This document shows, piece after piece, positions 17,924 through 28,168 of a DNA stretch of 64,000 nt (within the stretch, counting starts at the first letter, position 1; every line of letters starts with the position of its first letter). A program made the position numbers and the translations under genes. Source of the stretch: Lachnospiraceae bacterium (lineage in GTDB: Bacteria; Bacillota; Clostridia; Lachnospirales; Lachnospiraceae); NCBI GenBank assembly GCA_024405115.1, contig JAKSPD010000006.1, positions 24,275-88,274 on the forward strand, given 5' to 3'. A model generated the notes under the pieces. That model searched no databases, was not told where the DNA came from, and saw only the letters and a list, made by a program, of their open reading frames with translations.

Positions 17924-18850
17924 TTATTCAAAAAGGGGTGTTGAGAAGTATCTCTCAGCGGTGTCGGGAAGGACGGTAACGACTGTCTTTCCCGGGCCAA
18001 GCTTTTTTGCAAGCTTTAAAGCCGCGGCAACGTTTGTTCCGCTTGAGATTCCGCACATGAGCCCTTCCTCGCTTGCAAGAAGCTTTGAGGTGCCAAGTGC
18101 CTCCTCATCGGTGATGATGCAGATGTCATCGTAAATGTTCTGGTTAAGGATTGCGGGAATGACGCCGTCGCCTATTCCCATCTGCACGTGAGTTCCGATG
18201 CTTCCGCCTGAAAGCATGGCGGCATTTTCGGGCTCGACAGCCCAGATGGTCATATCGGGATTAGCTTCCTTAAGAACCTCACCGATTCCCGTGAGCGTGC
18301 CGCCCGTGCCTATTCCGGAGCAGAAGCCGTCAATGGGGCCTGCCACGTCGTCAAGAATCTCGCGCGCGGTATGGTTCCTCTGTACTTCCGTGTTAGCAGG
18401 GTTTTCAAACTGCTGCGGAACATATACCTTCGGGTCAGCGGCCTTCATCCTGAGGGCTGTTTCAAGGCATTCCTCAATGGCTTTGCCGATGTCCCCGGCA
18501 TCGTGGATGAGAACCACTTCCGCCCCGTAATGTTCAATGAGCTTGCGGCGTTCCTCACTTACTGAGTCAGGCATTATGATTCTTACCTTATAACCGCGGA
18601 CTGCACCTACGAGGGCAAGACCGATGCCCTGATTACCACTTGTAGGCTCCACGATGATACTGTCCTTATCGATGAGATGGGCCTCTTCAGCCTTTAATAT
18701 CATGTTGTAGGCCGTGCGTGTCTTAATGGAGCCGCCCACGTTGAGTCCTTCAAACTTGACAATGACGCGTGCCATGCCGGGCGTTACCAGATGGTTTAAT
18801 TTTACCATGGGCGTATGGCCCATTGCTTCGAGGATGTTACTGTATACCAT
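17924..18850 (-). CDS. cysK: Cysteine synthase (O-acetylserine sulfhydrylase), PLP-dependent
   Basis: 308 aa. PLP lysine motif GSIKTR and TSGNQGIGLA. Full-length alignment to the CysK/CysM family. Confidence 0.8.
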   Translation of the reverse strand: MVYSNILEAMGHTPMVKLNHLVTPGMARVIVKFEGLNVGGSIKTRTAYNMILKAEEAHLIDKDSIIVEPTSGNQGIGLALVGAVRGYKVRIIMPDSVSEERRKLIEHYGAEVVLIHDAGDIGKAIEECLETALRMKAADPKVYVPQQFENPANTEVQRNHTAREILDDVAGPIDGFCSGIGTGGTLTGIGEVLKEANPDMTIWAVEPENAAMLSGGSIGTHVQMGIGDGVIPAILNQNIYDDICIITDEEALGTSKLLASEEGLMCGISSGTNVAAALKLAKKLGPGKTVVTVLPDTAERYFSTPLFE

Positions 18851-19053
18851 AATGAATTGCTTCCTTAATTAATTTCGCATTAACCACAAAATTATAGCAG
18901 AGAGAATAAGATGATTCAAGGGAAATAAGTAAGTTCCGTCATAAAAACAGGTCCTTCCCAGGTTTCAGTGAAAAATAACAGGAGACATCAATACTTTATT
19001 GTAAAAAAATAATAAAAGGAATATAATAACGGAGGTTTTTCGGAGGTGTAAAA

Positions 19054-19926
19054 ATGACAGCCCTGTTGATGGCCATCACCGTCGGAAGTGCGGTATTTGG
19101 CAATGCATTAAAGAATAAGTTTTCAAAACAGTATCTTAAAAACCAGAGCGACAACCTTTCTTTCAACCTGGTTGGAAATGCACTGGTAATTCTGATCCTG
19201 GTTCTTGCTGGCGGTGCCGTAAAGGTTTCCGGTTACACGTTTAAGGTTGCCGTGGGAATGGGTATTTCAAACCTTCTCTCTGGACTTCTTTTTTCTTTAA
19301 GCCTTGCAAACGGTCCCATGGCCCTCACGACGCTCATTCAGCTTGGAATAAGCCTTGTGCTTTCCGCTTTATGGGGACCCATTTTCTGGCAGGAGGGGAT
19401 CACCTTATGGCAGCTTGCGGGAATTGGATTTCTGCTTGTTTCCATGGTGCTTACTTCAAACGCAAAAGTGGATAAGAACGTTACGTTCAAGTGGCTCATA
19501 ATCACCATTGCCGCAGGCATCGTGAACAGCCTCCTGGGGCTTTTCCAGAAATTCATAACAACAAGTGAATATAATGGGGAACAGATGGGGTTTCTGTTTT
19601 ACTCATTCATCCTCTGTACCGTATGTAACGTGATATGGCTCGCATTCAGAAAGAAGCAGGAGCCCGTATCATTTAAGTACACTAAGGGAATGACAGCAAT
19701 AGCACTTATCTGCGGAGTCACGATGGCCCTCCAGCACATCATTAACCTTAAACTGGTGGGGGTGCTTCCCACAGTCGTATTCTTCCCGATCTGCACAGGC
19801 CTCAGGATCTTGCTTACTGCACTTACGGGAATCATCATCTTTAAGGAAAAGCTTTCAAGACGTCAGCTTATAGGCTTCATCATAGGATTTGCGGCACTTT
19901 TCATGGTGGCCGGCATTTTAGGCTGA
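19054..19926 (+). CDS. DMT-like 10-TM permease (paralog of 39466-40353)
   Basis: 290 aa. C-terminus IIFKEKLSRRQLIGFIIGFAALFMVAGILG matches VIFKERMNRRQIIGFIFGIFALLLTVGVFG in the paralog. Confidence 0.65.
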   Translation: MTALLMAITVGSAVFGNALKNKFSKQYLKNQSDNLSFNLVGNALVILILVLAGGAVKVSGYTFKVAVGMGISNLLSGLLFSLSLANGPMALTTLIQLGISLVLSALWGPIFWQEGITLWQLAGIGFLLVSMVLTSNAKVDKNVTFKWLIITIAAGIVNSLLGLFQKFITTSEYNGEQMGFLFYSFILCTVCNVIWLAFRKKQEPVSFKYTKGMTAIALICGVTMALQHIINLKLVGVLPTVVFFPICTGLRILLTALTGIIIFKEKLSRRQLIGFIIGFAALFMVAGILG

Positions 19927-20002
19927 TTGAAACAGAAAAGCGGCAGCAGTGCATAAATGCATCGTATAGATGTAATTTTTAAATAACGAGGAGAAATTTA
20001 TT

Positions 20003-21433
20003 ATGGAGAAGATTTTCCGCTTAAAGGAAAACAAAACCACGGTGAAGACGGAGATTCTTGCAGGTCTCACCACATTCATGACCATGGCGTACATCATCGC
20101 CCTTAACCCGAATCTTCTTACCAACTTCCAGACGGGCACTCCGCTTTGGAACGGCGTGTTCCTTGCAACCTGCATCGCATCGGCGGTAGGCACGGCATGC
20201 ATGGCATTTCTTGCAAACAAGCCCTTCGTCATGGCTCCCGGAATGGGACTTAACAGCTTCTTCGCAGTTGTTGTTGCAAATATCGTGACCATTACCGGAA
20301 AGACTTATGAGAACGCCTTCCAGGCAGCCCTTACCATCATTCTCGTGGAGGGTATCGTTTTCATAATCCTTTCCGTTCTCAATATCCGTGAGAAGATTGT
20401 TGAATCGATTCCTTTGGGCGTCCGTTACGGAATTTCACCCGCAATCGGACTCATGCTCATGAACATCGGCTTTGGTTCCAACGTGAGCATATATGCTGAC
20501 GGAAACGGATTTGCGGCACCCTTCTACATGATGCGTGACTTCTTCGGTGCGCTCACTCCCAGCGTCATAAGCGGTTCAATGGGTTCCGGCTATTCTACGA
20601 TGGTGCTCACCGTCATCACGACGTTCATCGGTCTTTTTGCCATTATCATCATGGCAAAAAAGGGACGCAAGGCGGCAGTGCTTCTTGGAATGCTTCTGGC
20701 AGCAGTCATTTACTGGGCAGGAGAGGCCATTTTCCTTCATGTCAATCCTTTTGAGTCTTTGGCTACGGCCAGCTTCCTTCCGCCGTTTAAGGACATGGTG
20801 GCAACAACTCTCTTCAAGGTGGATTTTGCAGGGCTCTTTGAAATCGGCTGGTTCACTGCCATCACGCTTATCATCACTTTCTGCATGATCGACATGTTCG
20901 ACACCATCGGTACCCTTGTAGGTACCGCGTCACGTGCCGGAATGCTTGATGAAAAGGGCAACATGCCCAATGCAAAGGAAGCACTTGTTTCTGATGCAGT
21001 CGGTACCGTTGCAGGCGCACTTACGGGAACATCAACTGTAACCACCTTTGTTGAATCGGCGTCAGGCGTGGAAGCAGGAGGACGTACAGGACTTACCGCA
21101 GTCACGGCGGCTGTCATTTTCCTTCTGTGCATGTTCATTGCCCCGTTTGCGGCAATCATTCCTGCGGCAGCAACGTCTTCAGCGCTCATTTATGTAGGTA
21201 TCCTCATGATGCAGGGATTAAGCAAGGTTGATTTCAATGACCTTGACCAGCTTGTTCCCGTGTTCATCATGCTCCTTGCAATGCCCATTTCAGGCTCCAT
21301 CGGACACGGCATCGGCCTTGCACTCATTTCCTACACCGTCATCAAGGTGTTCTCAGGAAAGGCAAAGGATGTCTCAGCGCTTACATATATTATCTCAATA
21401 CTGTTCGTCATTAAGTTCTTTACAGTTGTTTAA
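20003..21433 (+). CDS. NCS2-family nucleobase permease (AzgA/PbuG-like adenine/guanine/hypoxanthine permease)
   Basis: 476 aa. Typical N-terminus FRLKENKTTVKTEILAGLTTFMTMAYIIALNP and polytopic NCS2 topology. Confidence 0.8.
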   Translation: MEKIFRLKENKTTVKTEILAGLTTFMTMAYIIALNPNLLTNFQTGTPLWNGVFLATCIASAVGTACMAFLANKPFVMAPGMGLNSFFAVVVANIVTITGKTYENAFQAALTIILVEGIVFIILSVLNIREKIVESIPLGVRYGISPAIGLMLMNIGFGSNVSIYADGNGFAAPFYMMRDFFGALTPSVISGSMGSGYSTMVLTVITTFIGLFAIIIMAKKGRKAAVLLGMLLAAVIYWAGEAIFLHVNPFESLATASFLPPFKDMVATTLFKVDFAGLFEIGWFTAITLIITFCMIDMFDTIGTLVGTASRAGMLDEKGNMPNAKEALVSDAVGTVAGALTGTSTVTTFVESASGVEAGGRTGLTAVTAAVIFLLCMFIAPFAAIIPAAATSSALIYVGILMMQGLSKVDFNDLDQLVPVFIMLLAMPISGSIGHGIGLALISYTVIKVFSGKAKDVSALTYIISILFVIKFFTVV

Positions 21434-21454
21434 ATAATCGGTTTTGAAGTTATG

Positions 21455-21500
21455 CCTCCATCTGGCCGGATTTCGGATTCAGATGGAGGTTTTTGTTTGT
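21455..21500 (+). terminator. Intrinsic terminator after the NCS2 permease gene
   Basis: CCTCCATCTG...CAGATGGAGG stem followed by TTTTTGTTTGT. Confidence 0.7.
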
Positions 21501-21582
21501 GATCAGGCTGTGTCAGACGGCTTTCAGGACTTTTAAAATCAGGGCGCTTTGATTATAATCACTTAAAGGGGAATAAAAGGAT

Positions 21583-22071
21583 ATGATAGAACACAACATT
21601 GATCCGGTATATGATGAAGATTCCAGGGTGCTGGTCCTGGGCTCCTTTCCGTCACCAAAATCAAGGGAGCAGGGCTTTTTCTACGGCCATCCGCAGAATA
21701 GGATGTGGAGGGTGCTTGCGGCCGTCTTTGAAGAGGAGGTCCCCGTTTCGGTGGAAGAAAGAAGGGCTTTTCTTTTAAGAAACCGCATCGCAATGTGGGA
21801 CGTGCTTTCCGAATGCGAGATAGAGGGCGCATCCGACACAAGCATTAAGAGTGAAAAGCCGAATGATCTTTCAGTGATACTGTCGGCGGCAGCCATAAAG
21901 GCCATATTTACCACCGGCGGGGCGGCCACTAAATTTTACAAAAAGTACGATGAGGGAAAGTATGCAGTGCCTCATTTCGGACTGAAATCCACAAGTCCCG
22001 CAAATGCGGCTGTTAAGCTTCCCGAACTTATCGAAAACTACAGGCGTATCAGGGAATACTGTGAACCTTAA
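21583..22071 (+). CDS. DNA-deoxyinosine glycosylase (UDG-superfamily hypoxanthine-DNA glycosylase)
   Basis: 162 aa. VLVLGSFPSPKSREQGFFYGHPQNRMWRVLA matches the family motif (ILGSmPS..S...YYaHPrN.FW). Confidence 0.65.
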   Translation: MIEHNIDPVYDEDSRVLVLGSFPSPKSREQGFFYGHPQNRMWRVLAAVFEEEVPVSVEERRAFLLRNRIAMWDVLSECEIEGASDTSIKSEKPNDLSVILSAAAIKAIFTTGGAATKFYKKYDEGKYAVPHFGLKSTSPANAAVKLPELIENYRRIREYCEP

Positions 22072-22076
22072 GAAAA

Positions 22077-23108
22077 ATGGAGCAGCATGTAATGAATGAC
22101 AGGAAACACATTTTGATAATCAACACCGGCGGAACGATAGGAATGACAAAGTCTGAGGAGGGTTATAAGCCTGATGCGGAAAACTTCTCAAGGCTTCTTC
22201 ACCGCATGGATGCCCTTATGGCTTTGGAAATGCCGCTTTGGGACATAACAAGGACCGAGGAGATACTGGACTCGTCAAACATGACGGTTGAGGACTGGAA
22301 TGACATTGGAAGGCGCATAGCGGATGTATATGATGATTATGACGGGTTTGTGATTCTTCACGGTACGGATACGATGGCATATACGGCCTCGGCACTGTCC
22401 TTCATGCTCGAGGGGCTTTCAAAGCCGGTGATCATTACAGGGTCACAGATCCCCTTATGCGAGATAAGAAGTGACGGAAGGGACAACATCATTGCCTCCC
22501 TTCTTATTGCGTCCTCCGGAAGGGTGAATGAGGTCTGCATTTATTTTGGAAACAGGCTTCTCAGGGGAAACAGGGCCATTAAGTATTCAGCGGACGGACT
22601 TATCGCATTCGTGTCACCAAACTTCCCGACACTGGCGGAAGCCGGCATAACCATATCCTATAATGACGTGTACCTGAGAAACCGTCATGAAGGCGAATTC
22701 AGATATGTGCCGTTTAAAAACATTCCCATAGGTGTCATTAAGGTATTTCCGGGAATACAGTTCGAACTGTTTGAGGCCATAATGACGGAGCAACTTAAGG
22801 GCGTGGTGCTTGAGACGTTTGGAGCCGGAAACATCCCGCAGCAGGGTGGAGGAAAGCTTCTTCCCATCATAGAAAAGGCCTACAGTAACGGGACCGTCCT
22901 TACCGTGTGTTCGCAGTGTCCACAGGGAACGGTGAGTCTTGGAACCTATGAGACAAGCTCCGCCCTTAAAAAGGTGGGCGCCGTAAGCGGAAAGGACATG
23001 ACAACGGAAGCCGCTGTCGCAAAGCTTTACTATCTTTTCAGCAAGGGGTACGACAAGGAAAAGATAAAGACCCTCATGGGCCAGGACATGAGGGGTGAGA
23101 TGTCATGA
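22077..23108 (+). CDS. ansA: L-asparaginase, type I
   Basis: Threonine-active-site motif INTGGTIGM. GTDTMAYTASALSFML and HGTDT motifs. ATG 22092 (MNDRK...) is an alternative start with better RBS spacing. Confidence 0.85.
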   Translation: MEQHVMNDRKHILIINTGGTIGMTKSEEGYKPDAENFSRLLHRMDALMALEMPLWDITRTEEILDSSNMTVEDWNDIGRRIADVYDDYDGFVILHGTDTMAYTASALSFMLEGLSKPVIITGSQIPLCEIRSDGRDNIIASLLIASSGRVNEVCIYFGNRLLRGNRAIKYSADGLIAFVSPNFPTLAEAGITISYNDVYLRNRHEGEFRYVPFKNIPIGVIKVFPGIQFELFEAIMTEQLKGVVLETFGAGNIPQQGGGKLLPIIEKAYSNGTVLTVCSQCPQGTVSLGTYETSSALKKVGAVSGKDMTTEAAVAKLYYLFSKGYDKEKIKTLMGQDMRGEMS

Positions 23109-23311
23109 GCAAGTATCAGCCTTTGTGGGACTTTATAAGGGAAAACGGCACGGACGGCCTTAAGCTTTCTTATGAGGAAATCGAAAAGATTCTGGGATTC
23201 CCCATTGACCACGCCTTCCTTACCTATAAAAAGGAACTTCTCCACTATGGCTTTATGGTAGAAAAGATTTCCATGAAGGATAAGACAGTGTTATTTAAAA
23301 GAGGTGTTTAA
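23105..23311 (+). CDS. Small hypothetical protein (68 aa), translationally coupled to ansA
   Basis: ATGA start/stop overlap with ansA. No recognisable domain. Confidence 0.35.
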   Translation: MSKYQPLWDFIRENGTDGLKLSYEEIEKILGFPIDHAFLTYKKELLHYGFMVEKISMKDKTVLFKRGV

Positions 23312-23318
23312 ATAGTAA

Positions 23319-23358
23319 ACCTCCGGGAATTATTTTTGCGTAATCCCGGAGGTTTTTG
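23319..23358 (+). terminator. Intrinsic terminator
   Basis: ACCTCCGGGA-(loop)-TCCCGGAGGT followed by TTTTTG. Confidence 0.75.
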
Positions 23359-23396
23359 TGATATGATAAAGTAAAGAAACAAAAGGGGGAAAAGCA

Positions 23397-24047
23397 ATGT
23401 TTGTATTTTGGGGAACAGGAAGCCAGGAGGCAAAGGACCTTGTTGACGCAGTGGTGGTCCGCAGCACTGAAAACTTCAACTGGACATTTATATTTATCCT
23501 TGCAGTAGTATTCTATGTCTACTGGAGCGAAATCCAGAAAAAGAATTACGAGGCTGTGTGTGCGGGCCTTGCGCTTTACGGGGTACACTGGTTTTATGAA
23601 ATCTGTAATGCCATTATAGCAAAGATCTTCGGATATCCGCTCTGGACCGTGAGTAATGAATCAACCACGTTCATTCTTCTTATAGGTGTGTGCTGGGAGC
23701 TTAGCATGATGTTCTCCCTTGCAGGCATCATTTCCTACAAGATGCTTCCGGAGGACAGGTCAAAAAAGATACTCGGTATGGACTGCAGGCTTGCGGGCGC
23801 ATTATCAATGGCACTTTTATTCGCACTTTTTGAGTCCTTCCTTGCAGGAACGTCAAATCACTCATTCATCTGGGTATACAAATGGTGGGGTGTGATTCCG
23901 GTATTCATTACCACATACATCCCGTTCTTCCTTGCAAGCAATTACGTTCCCTTCATGGAGCCCAAAAAGAGAAAGAAAACACTTATCGGAATCTGGGGCG
24001 CAGTGGCAGTGCTCCTTATAGTACTCATCCCGCTTGGAATAATCTGA
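23397..24047 (+). CDS. Hypothetical polytopic membrane protein
   Basis: 216 aa, 5-6 TM helices. RBS GGGGGAAAAG lies upstream. Confidence 0.45.
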   Translation: MFVFWGTGSQEAKDLVDAVVVRSTENFNWTFIFILAVVFYVYWSEIQKKNYEAVCAGLALYGVHWFYEICNAIIAKIFGYPLWTVSNESTTFILLIGVCWELSMMFSLAGIISYKMLPEDRSKKILGMDCRLAGALSMALLFALFESFLAGTSNHSFIWVYKWWGVIPVFITTYIPFFLASNYVPFMEPKKRKKTLIGIWGAVAVLLIVLIPLGII

Positions 24048-24230
24048 CAGGCAAAGAGGCGGCAGAGGCCTCATTTCATGAAATTAATCCTATAGTTCAA
24101 GGTCGCCCGTGCGGTGACCTTTTTTTATGCCATTAATGTTATCATGCATGTGCAGGAGGGAGGCGTTCCGCTTCGGGAAAAGCGGATGAAAAGGCGGAAA
24201 CAATGTGTTAAAGTATTGAAGGGAGAACAG

Positions 24231-24749
24231 ATGGGCAAAAAGACAAAGTGGCTTTGTGTGACGGCCATCGGCATCGCGCTTTTTGTGGTGCTTTCGATGT
24301 GCGTCAGGGTGCCTGTATTCGAGAATTATTATATCTGCCTCGGATACGTGGCCATGGCTGTGTATTGTTATTCCTTTGGCGTGGTAAGCGGTACCGCGGT
24401 CGGGACGCAGGGCGTCATTCTTTATTGCGTCTTAACAAGCGGCCTGCGCGGCATGCCCGGTTGGACGGCAGGAAACCTCGTGATCGGCATCGTGCTCGGG
24501 CTTACGTTTAAGGCCACGAAGAAGATGAAAAGCGCAACCCTTAAATTCGCAATCAATGCTGTGGCAGTAATTCTTTCAGTGGCGGTGGGCATCCTCGGGG
24601 TAAAGTCCATGACGGAATGCGTGCTCTATGCCCAGCCGTTTTTAGTTCGTGTCGCAAAAAATGTTTATGCGGCTGTCGCCGATGTGGTGACTCTCCTCGT
24701 GAGCCTTCCCGTCTGCATGAACCTCGACAGGGTATTTAAGAAGGGATGA
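24231..24749 (+). CDS. Small 5-6 TM membrane protein, possibly an ECF-transporter S component
   Basis: 172 aa from ATG 24231 (RBS GGGAG). Size and topology are typical of ECF S components. The longer track ORF from 24114 lacks an RBS. Confidence 0.4.
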   Translation: MGKKTKWLCVTAIGIALFVVLSMCVRVPVFENYYICLGYVAMAVYCYSFGVVSGTAVGTQGVILYCVLTSGLRGMPGWTAGNLVIGIVLGLTFKATKKMKSATLKFAINAVAVILSVAVGILGVKSMTECVLYAQPFLVRVAKNVYAAVADVVTLLVSLPVCMNLDRVFKKG

Positions 24750-24754
24750 AAAAC

Positions 24755-24832
24755 CGAATAGGGGAAGTGAATAGGGGAAGTGAATAGATGAGTTGAATAG
24801 GGGAAGTGAATAGGGGAAGTGAATAGAGGAAC
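24755..24832. repeat. 13-bp tandem repeat x6 (GAATAGGGGAAGT)
   Basis: Six head-to-tail copies: four perfect, two variant (GAATAGATGAGTT, GAATAGAGGAACC). They begin 6 nt after the stop codon at 24749. Confidence 0.85.
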
Positions 24833-25309
24833 CGTCATGGGCAGGTGCGAGAACACCTGCCTCTGGCAAAACATCAAATCTTGTAGGAAACAGTTGTCAG
24901 AAGCGCATTTCATACAAGAAAATTGTAGGAAACTATGTCAATAAGAAAGGTTTCATACAATTTTTAAATTAGAAATTGTATGAAATTCACCTACACGCAT
25001 AAAAAAACTACAAGAGTATCGAACAAAACAACTATAAATAGTGCATTTTTTGTATGAAATACGTCTATTCAATAAAACAACTACAAAATTTGATCAACAG
25101 AGAATTTTACCACTCAACTGATATAACATGGAAACTGGTATTATGGTCTGTTTTCACGGTTTTTTCTAAAAATAAGAATATTTTTCTGTGGATTGCATAT
25201 TGAAAATGGCTTTTAAAGTTAGTAGGCTATATGCGTGAAGGCCGGAAGCTTAATGCCGCAACTTGTGGAGGAGGACTTCTGGTCGACAACAGGAAAGGAA
25301 GTATTTACA

Positions 25310-26662
25310 ATGAATGATTTAAAGGCAGGATTTGCGAGAGTGGACGTTACTCCCATGATGGGTATTGATATTGCAGGTTATTTTGTAAAAAGAGTTGCTG
25401 ACGGCGTTCTTGACACGCTTGAGGCAAATGCCCTTGCCGTAGAGGCGGGAGGAGAGAAGGCTGTGATGGTAGCAATCGACCACTGCGGACTTGACAAGCA
25501 GTACCTTGGAAAGTACCGTACAATGATTTCAGAAAAGACAGGCCTTCCGAGGGAAAACATCTTCCTTACGGTAACGCATACCCACACGGGTCCGTGCCTT
25601 AACCCTGGAACAACTGATCCCTTACAGCTAGAGTATGACACGTTCCTTGGTCACAGGGTCACAGATGCTGCAGTTGCAGCCTTAGAGGACCTTAAGGATG
25701 CAAAGATGGGAATCGCTGTAGGAAACGCCCCCAACATTGCATTCATCCGCCGTTACGTGATGAAGGACGGCTCAATAAAGACCAACCCCGGCGTAAATAA
25801 CCCTGACATCGTAAGATGCGCAGGCGATACTGATGAGAGAGTTAACGTCATCCGTTTCAACCGCGGGAATGATGACGACATCGTATTTGTGAACTTTGGC
25901 TGCCATCCGGACGTCGTGGGCGGCACGAAGATTTCCGCAGACTGGCCCAAGTTTCTCCGCACGACGGTTGAGAAGGCAATTGACGGCTCAAGGTGCCTCT
26001 TCTTTAACGGAGCCCAGGGAGATGTGAACCACGTGAACGTAAGGCCCAAGGCCGGTGACTTCAATGACATGTTCAATGACTTTGACGGCGTTTCAAGGGG
26101 ATACGGACATGCCCGCTACATGGGAAGAGTTGTCGCGGGAGCAGTCCTTCAGGTATTCGACAAGGTGGAATACATGGATGTCAACAGCCTTAAGTGTAAG
26201 GAGATAATCTTTGAGGCTCCGTCACAGATGCCTTCGGATATAGATGACATCACGGTAGAGGAGGCAAGGCATATCTGTGAACTTCATGATGCAGGAAGAG
26301 ATGAGGAACTTCCCTACAAGGCAATGATGCTCACCACGATGGTCGCACAGGCGCAGAGAATCTTAAAGTATGAAAACGGTCCGGAAACCTTCCCGATGAT
26401 GCTTTCTGCAATCGCAATCGGAGACGTTGCGGTATTCGGAATGCCCGGAGAATGCTTTACCGGAGTTGGAAGAGGCCTTAAGGAAGCCAGGGACTGGAAG
26501 ATGGTATGCCCAGTCATCAACACAAACCAGAAGGAAGGCTACTTCCCGATGACGGACTGCTATAAGGAAGGCGGATACGAGGCAAGAAGCTCAAGGTTCA
26601 AGATGGGAACCGCAGAGCTTATAATTGAGGAAGGCACAAAGCTTCTCGATTCACTTCATTAA
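25310..26662 (+). CDS. Neutral/alkaline ceramidase-like hydrolase (N-terminal Ceramidase_alk-like domain)
   Basis: 450 aa from ATG 25310 (RBS AGGAAAGGAAG). Motifs ARVDVTPMMGIDIAGY and TVTHTHTGP resemble the ceramidase N-terminal domain signatures. Confidence 0.45.
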   Translation: MNDLKAGFARVDVTPMMGIDIAGYFVKRVADGVLDTLEANALAVEAGGEKAVMVAIDHCGLDKQYLGKYRTMISEKTGLPRENIFLTVTHTHTGPCLNPGTTDPLQLEYDTFLGHRVTDAAVAALEDLKDAKMGIAVGNAPNIAFIRRYVMKDGSIKTNPGVNNPDIVRCAGDTDERVNVIRFNRGNDDDIVFVNFGCHPDVVGGTKISADWPKFLRTTVEKAIDGSRCLFFNGAQGDVNHVNVRPKAGDFNDMFNDFDGVSRGYGHARYMGRVVAGAVLQVFDKVEYMDVNSLKCKEIIFEAPSQMPSDIDDITVEEARHICELHDAGRDEELPYKAMMLTTMVAQAQRILKYENGPETFPMMLSAIAIGDVAVFGMPGECFTGVGRGLKEARDWKMVCPVINTNQKEGYFPMTDCYKEGGYEARSSRFKMGTAELIIEEGTKLLDSLH

Positions 26663-26664
26663 TT

Positions 26665-27315
26665 ATGGAAGAATATGTAACACTCAGGAAAAATGATGAT
26701 TCCCTGATCCCGGTATATGCCGGGATTAATGGGTTTGAAACACCCGTATGGCTGCAGTCTGAATGGACCGAGGGACCGTATGCGGAGTATGTCAGAAAAA
26801 ACGGCTGCGGGCACTGCTGTGCCGCCATGGCGGCAAGGCTGTACGGTGTGGAAATCGACCCTTCCATGGAATTTGACACCTGTGTCGAGCTCTGGGACGT
26901 ACCTGATGAAGATCATGACTGGTTTCAGACGGCAAGGGGAATCACGGAGGTCCTCCGTGCCTATGGGGTTGAGTCTTCTGCATTTGGGGTGCCCGAGGAT
27001 GAAGAGGCTCTTTCAATGACGCGTTACCTCATCGAGTGTGCGCTTTCATCCGGGCATCAGGTAATTTTCTGGTCGCATCCTTATGATGATGACAACATCT
27101 TCTCAACTGGCGAGCATTATGTCATGGCTATCGGTTATGATGAAGAAGGTCATGTCGTGGTCCTTAACAGCGGCACAAGGAAAACAAGTGACGGGTATAA
27201 CCTTACTGACCTTGATACAATTATGAGGAGCGTATACCGTGGAAGCCGTGCTTCGCTTTCAGGATGGGGAAAGGAAGATGAACTGCCTGACTGCGGAGGA
27301 ATCGTAATAGTGTGA
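26665..27315 (+). CDS. Putative papain-like/C39-like cysteine peptidase domain protein
   Basis: 216 aa. Candidate catalytic Cys in NGCGHCCAAMA and a downstream His (GEHYVMAIGYD). The assignment is tentative. Confidence 0.3.
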   Translation: MEEYVTLRKNDDSLIPVYAGINGFETPVWLQSEWTEGPYAEYVRKNGCGHCCAAMAARLYGVEIDPSMEFDTCVELWDVPDEDHDWFQTARGITEVLRAYGVESSAFGVPEDEEALSMTRYLIECALSSGHQVIFWSHPYDDDNIFSTGEHYVMAIGYDEEGHVVVLNSGTRKTSDGYNLTDLDTIMRSVYRGSRASLSGWGKEDELPDCGGIVIV

Positions 27316-27319
27316 AATA

Positions 27320-28168
27320 ATGGAGGCATCGCGTAAAGCGGTGCCTTTTATGGGAGATGACATGATCTTATCAGTAGATACAAACATCATAAGAAATGCC
27401 TTTGGCGATGAAAAAGCATTTGAAGTCTTAATGGAAAGCGGCTTTACCGGTGTTGATTTTTCCTTTCATGAAAGACCCGGAGGAGAAGCATTTGACCCTC
27501 TTAAGACAAGGAGGCTACTAGATAATAACGGTCTTACATGTCTGCAGACACACGGTCCTGACTGTTTTGACGCAAAACTTAGGATGGATGAATCCGAACC
27601 CACATATAAGGCTGCGGCTGATGCGATCAGCTGGACACATATCCTTGGCGCAAGGGTCATGGCACTTCATTCCCTTTACATTCCGTGGGTTTCAAAGGAA
27701 GAGGAGTGGGATATAAATATCCGTTTCTTTAAGTCATTTGAACCGTATCTGATTAAAAACGACGTGAAGATAGGGGTTGAGAACCTGCCATTACAGGTCA
27801 CGGACACACCGGAGGACATAAACAGGTTCATAGGAGAGCTTAACAGTCCCTGCTATGGCGCACTTTTGGATACGGGACACGGCCGTATTTCCGGTATTGA
27901 GCCACATGATTACATAAGGCGCCTTAAACCGGGAAGCCTGATTGGAATACATGTCCAGGACCAGCACGGTCAAAAAGATGAACACATCATCCCTTACATG
28001 GGAGAGACAGACTGGGCGGCCCTCATTGATGCCCTCCGCGAGTCCGGCTATCAGGGTCCCCTGTCCCTCGAAATCGTCCATTTCATGGAAAAAGTGCCGA
28101 AGGAACTGCTTCCCGCGGCACATCAATACGCAGCATCCGTCGGCAAATACCTGATCGGTCTGCTCTGA
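27320..28168 (+). CDS. Sugar phosphate isomerase/epimerase family protein (xylose-isomerase-like TIM barrel)
   Basis: 282 aa. AP_endonuc_2-type metal-binding pattern (…HGPD…, ALHS…, GVENLP…, LDTGHG…, LSLEIVHF). Confidence 0.65.
   Translation: MEASRKAVPFMGDDMILSVDTNIIRNAFGDEKAFEVLMESGFTGVDFSFHERPGGEAFDPLKTRRLLDNNGLTCLQTHGPDCFDAKLRMDESEPTYKAAADAISWTHILGARVMALHSLYIPWVSKEEEWDINIRFFKSFEPYLIKNDVKIGVENLPLQVTDTPEDINRFIGELNSPCYGALLDTGHGRISGIEPHDYIRRLKPGSLIGIHVQDQHGQKDEHIIPYMGETDWAALIDALRESGYQGPLSLEIVHFMEKVPKELLPAAHQYAASVGKYLIGLL

Noticed and set aside
18851-19053. Possible S-box or T-box leader upstream of cysK (minus strand)
   Set aside because: The distance from the candidate -10 (TATAAT at about 18905 on the minus strand) to the start codon is only about 55 nt. 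No S-box or T-box conserved elements (specifier loop, T-box sequence) are visible.
24642-24913. Minus-strand ORFs 24642-24869 and 24665-24913 with repeated peptide IHFPYSLPLF
   Set aside because: They are translations of the 13-bp tandem repeat, which yields a repeating peptide. They overlap the 3' end of a well-supported plus-strand gene. No start context supports them.
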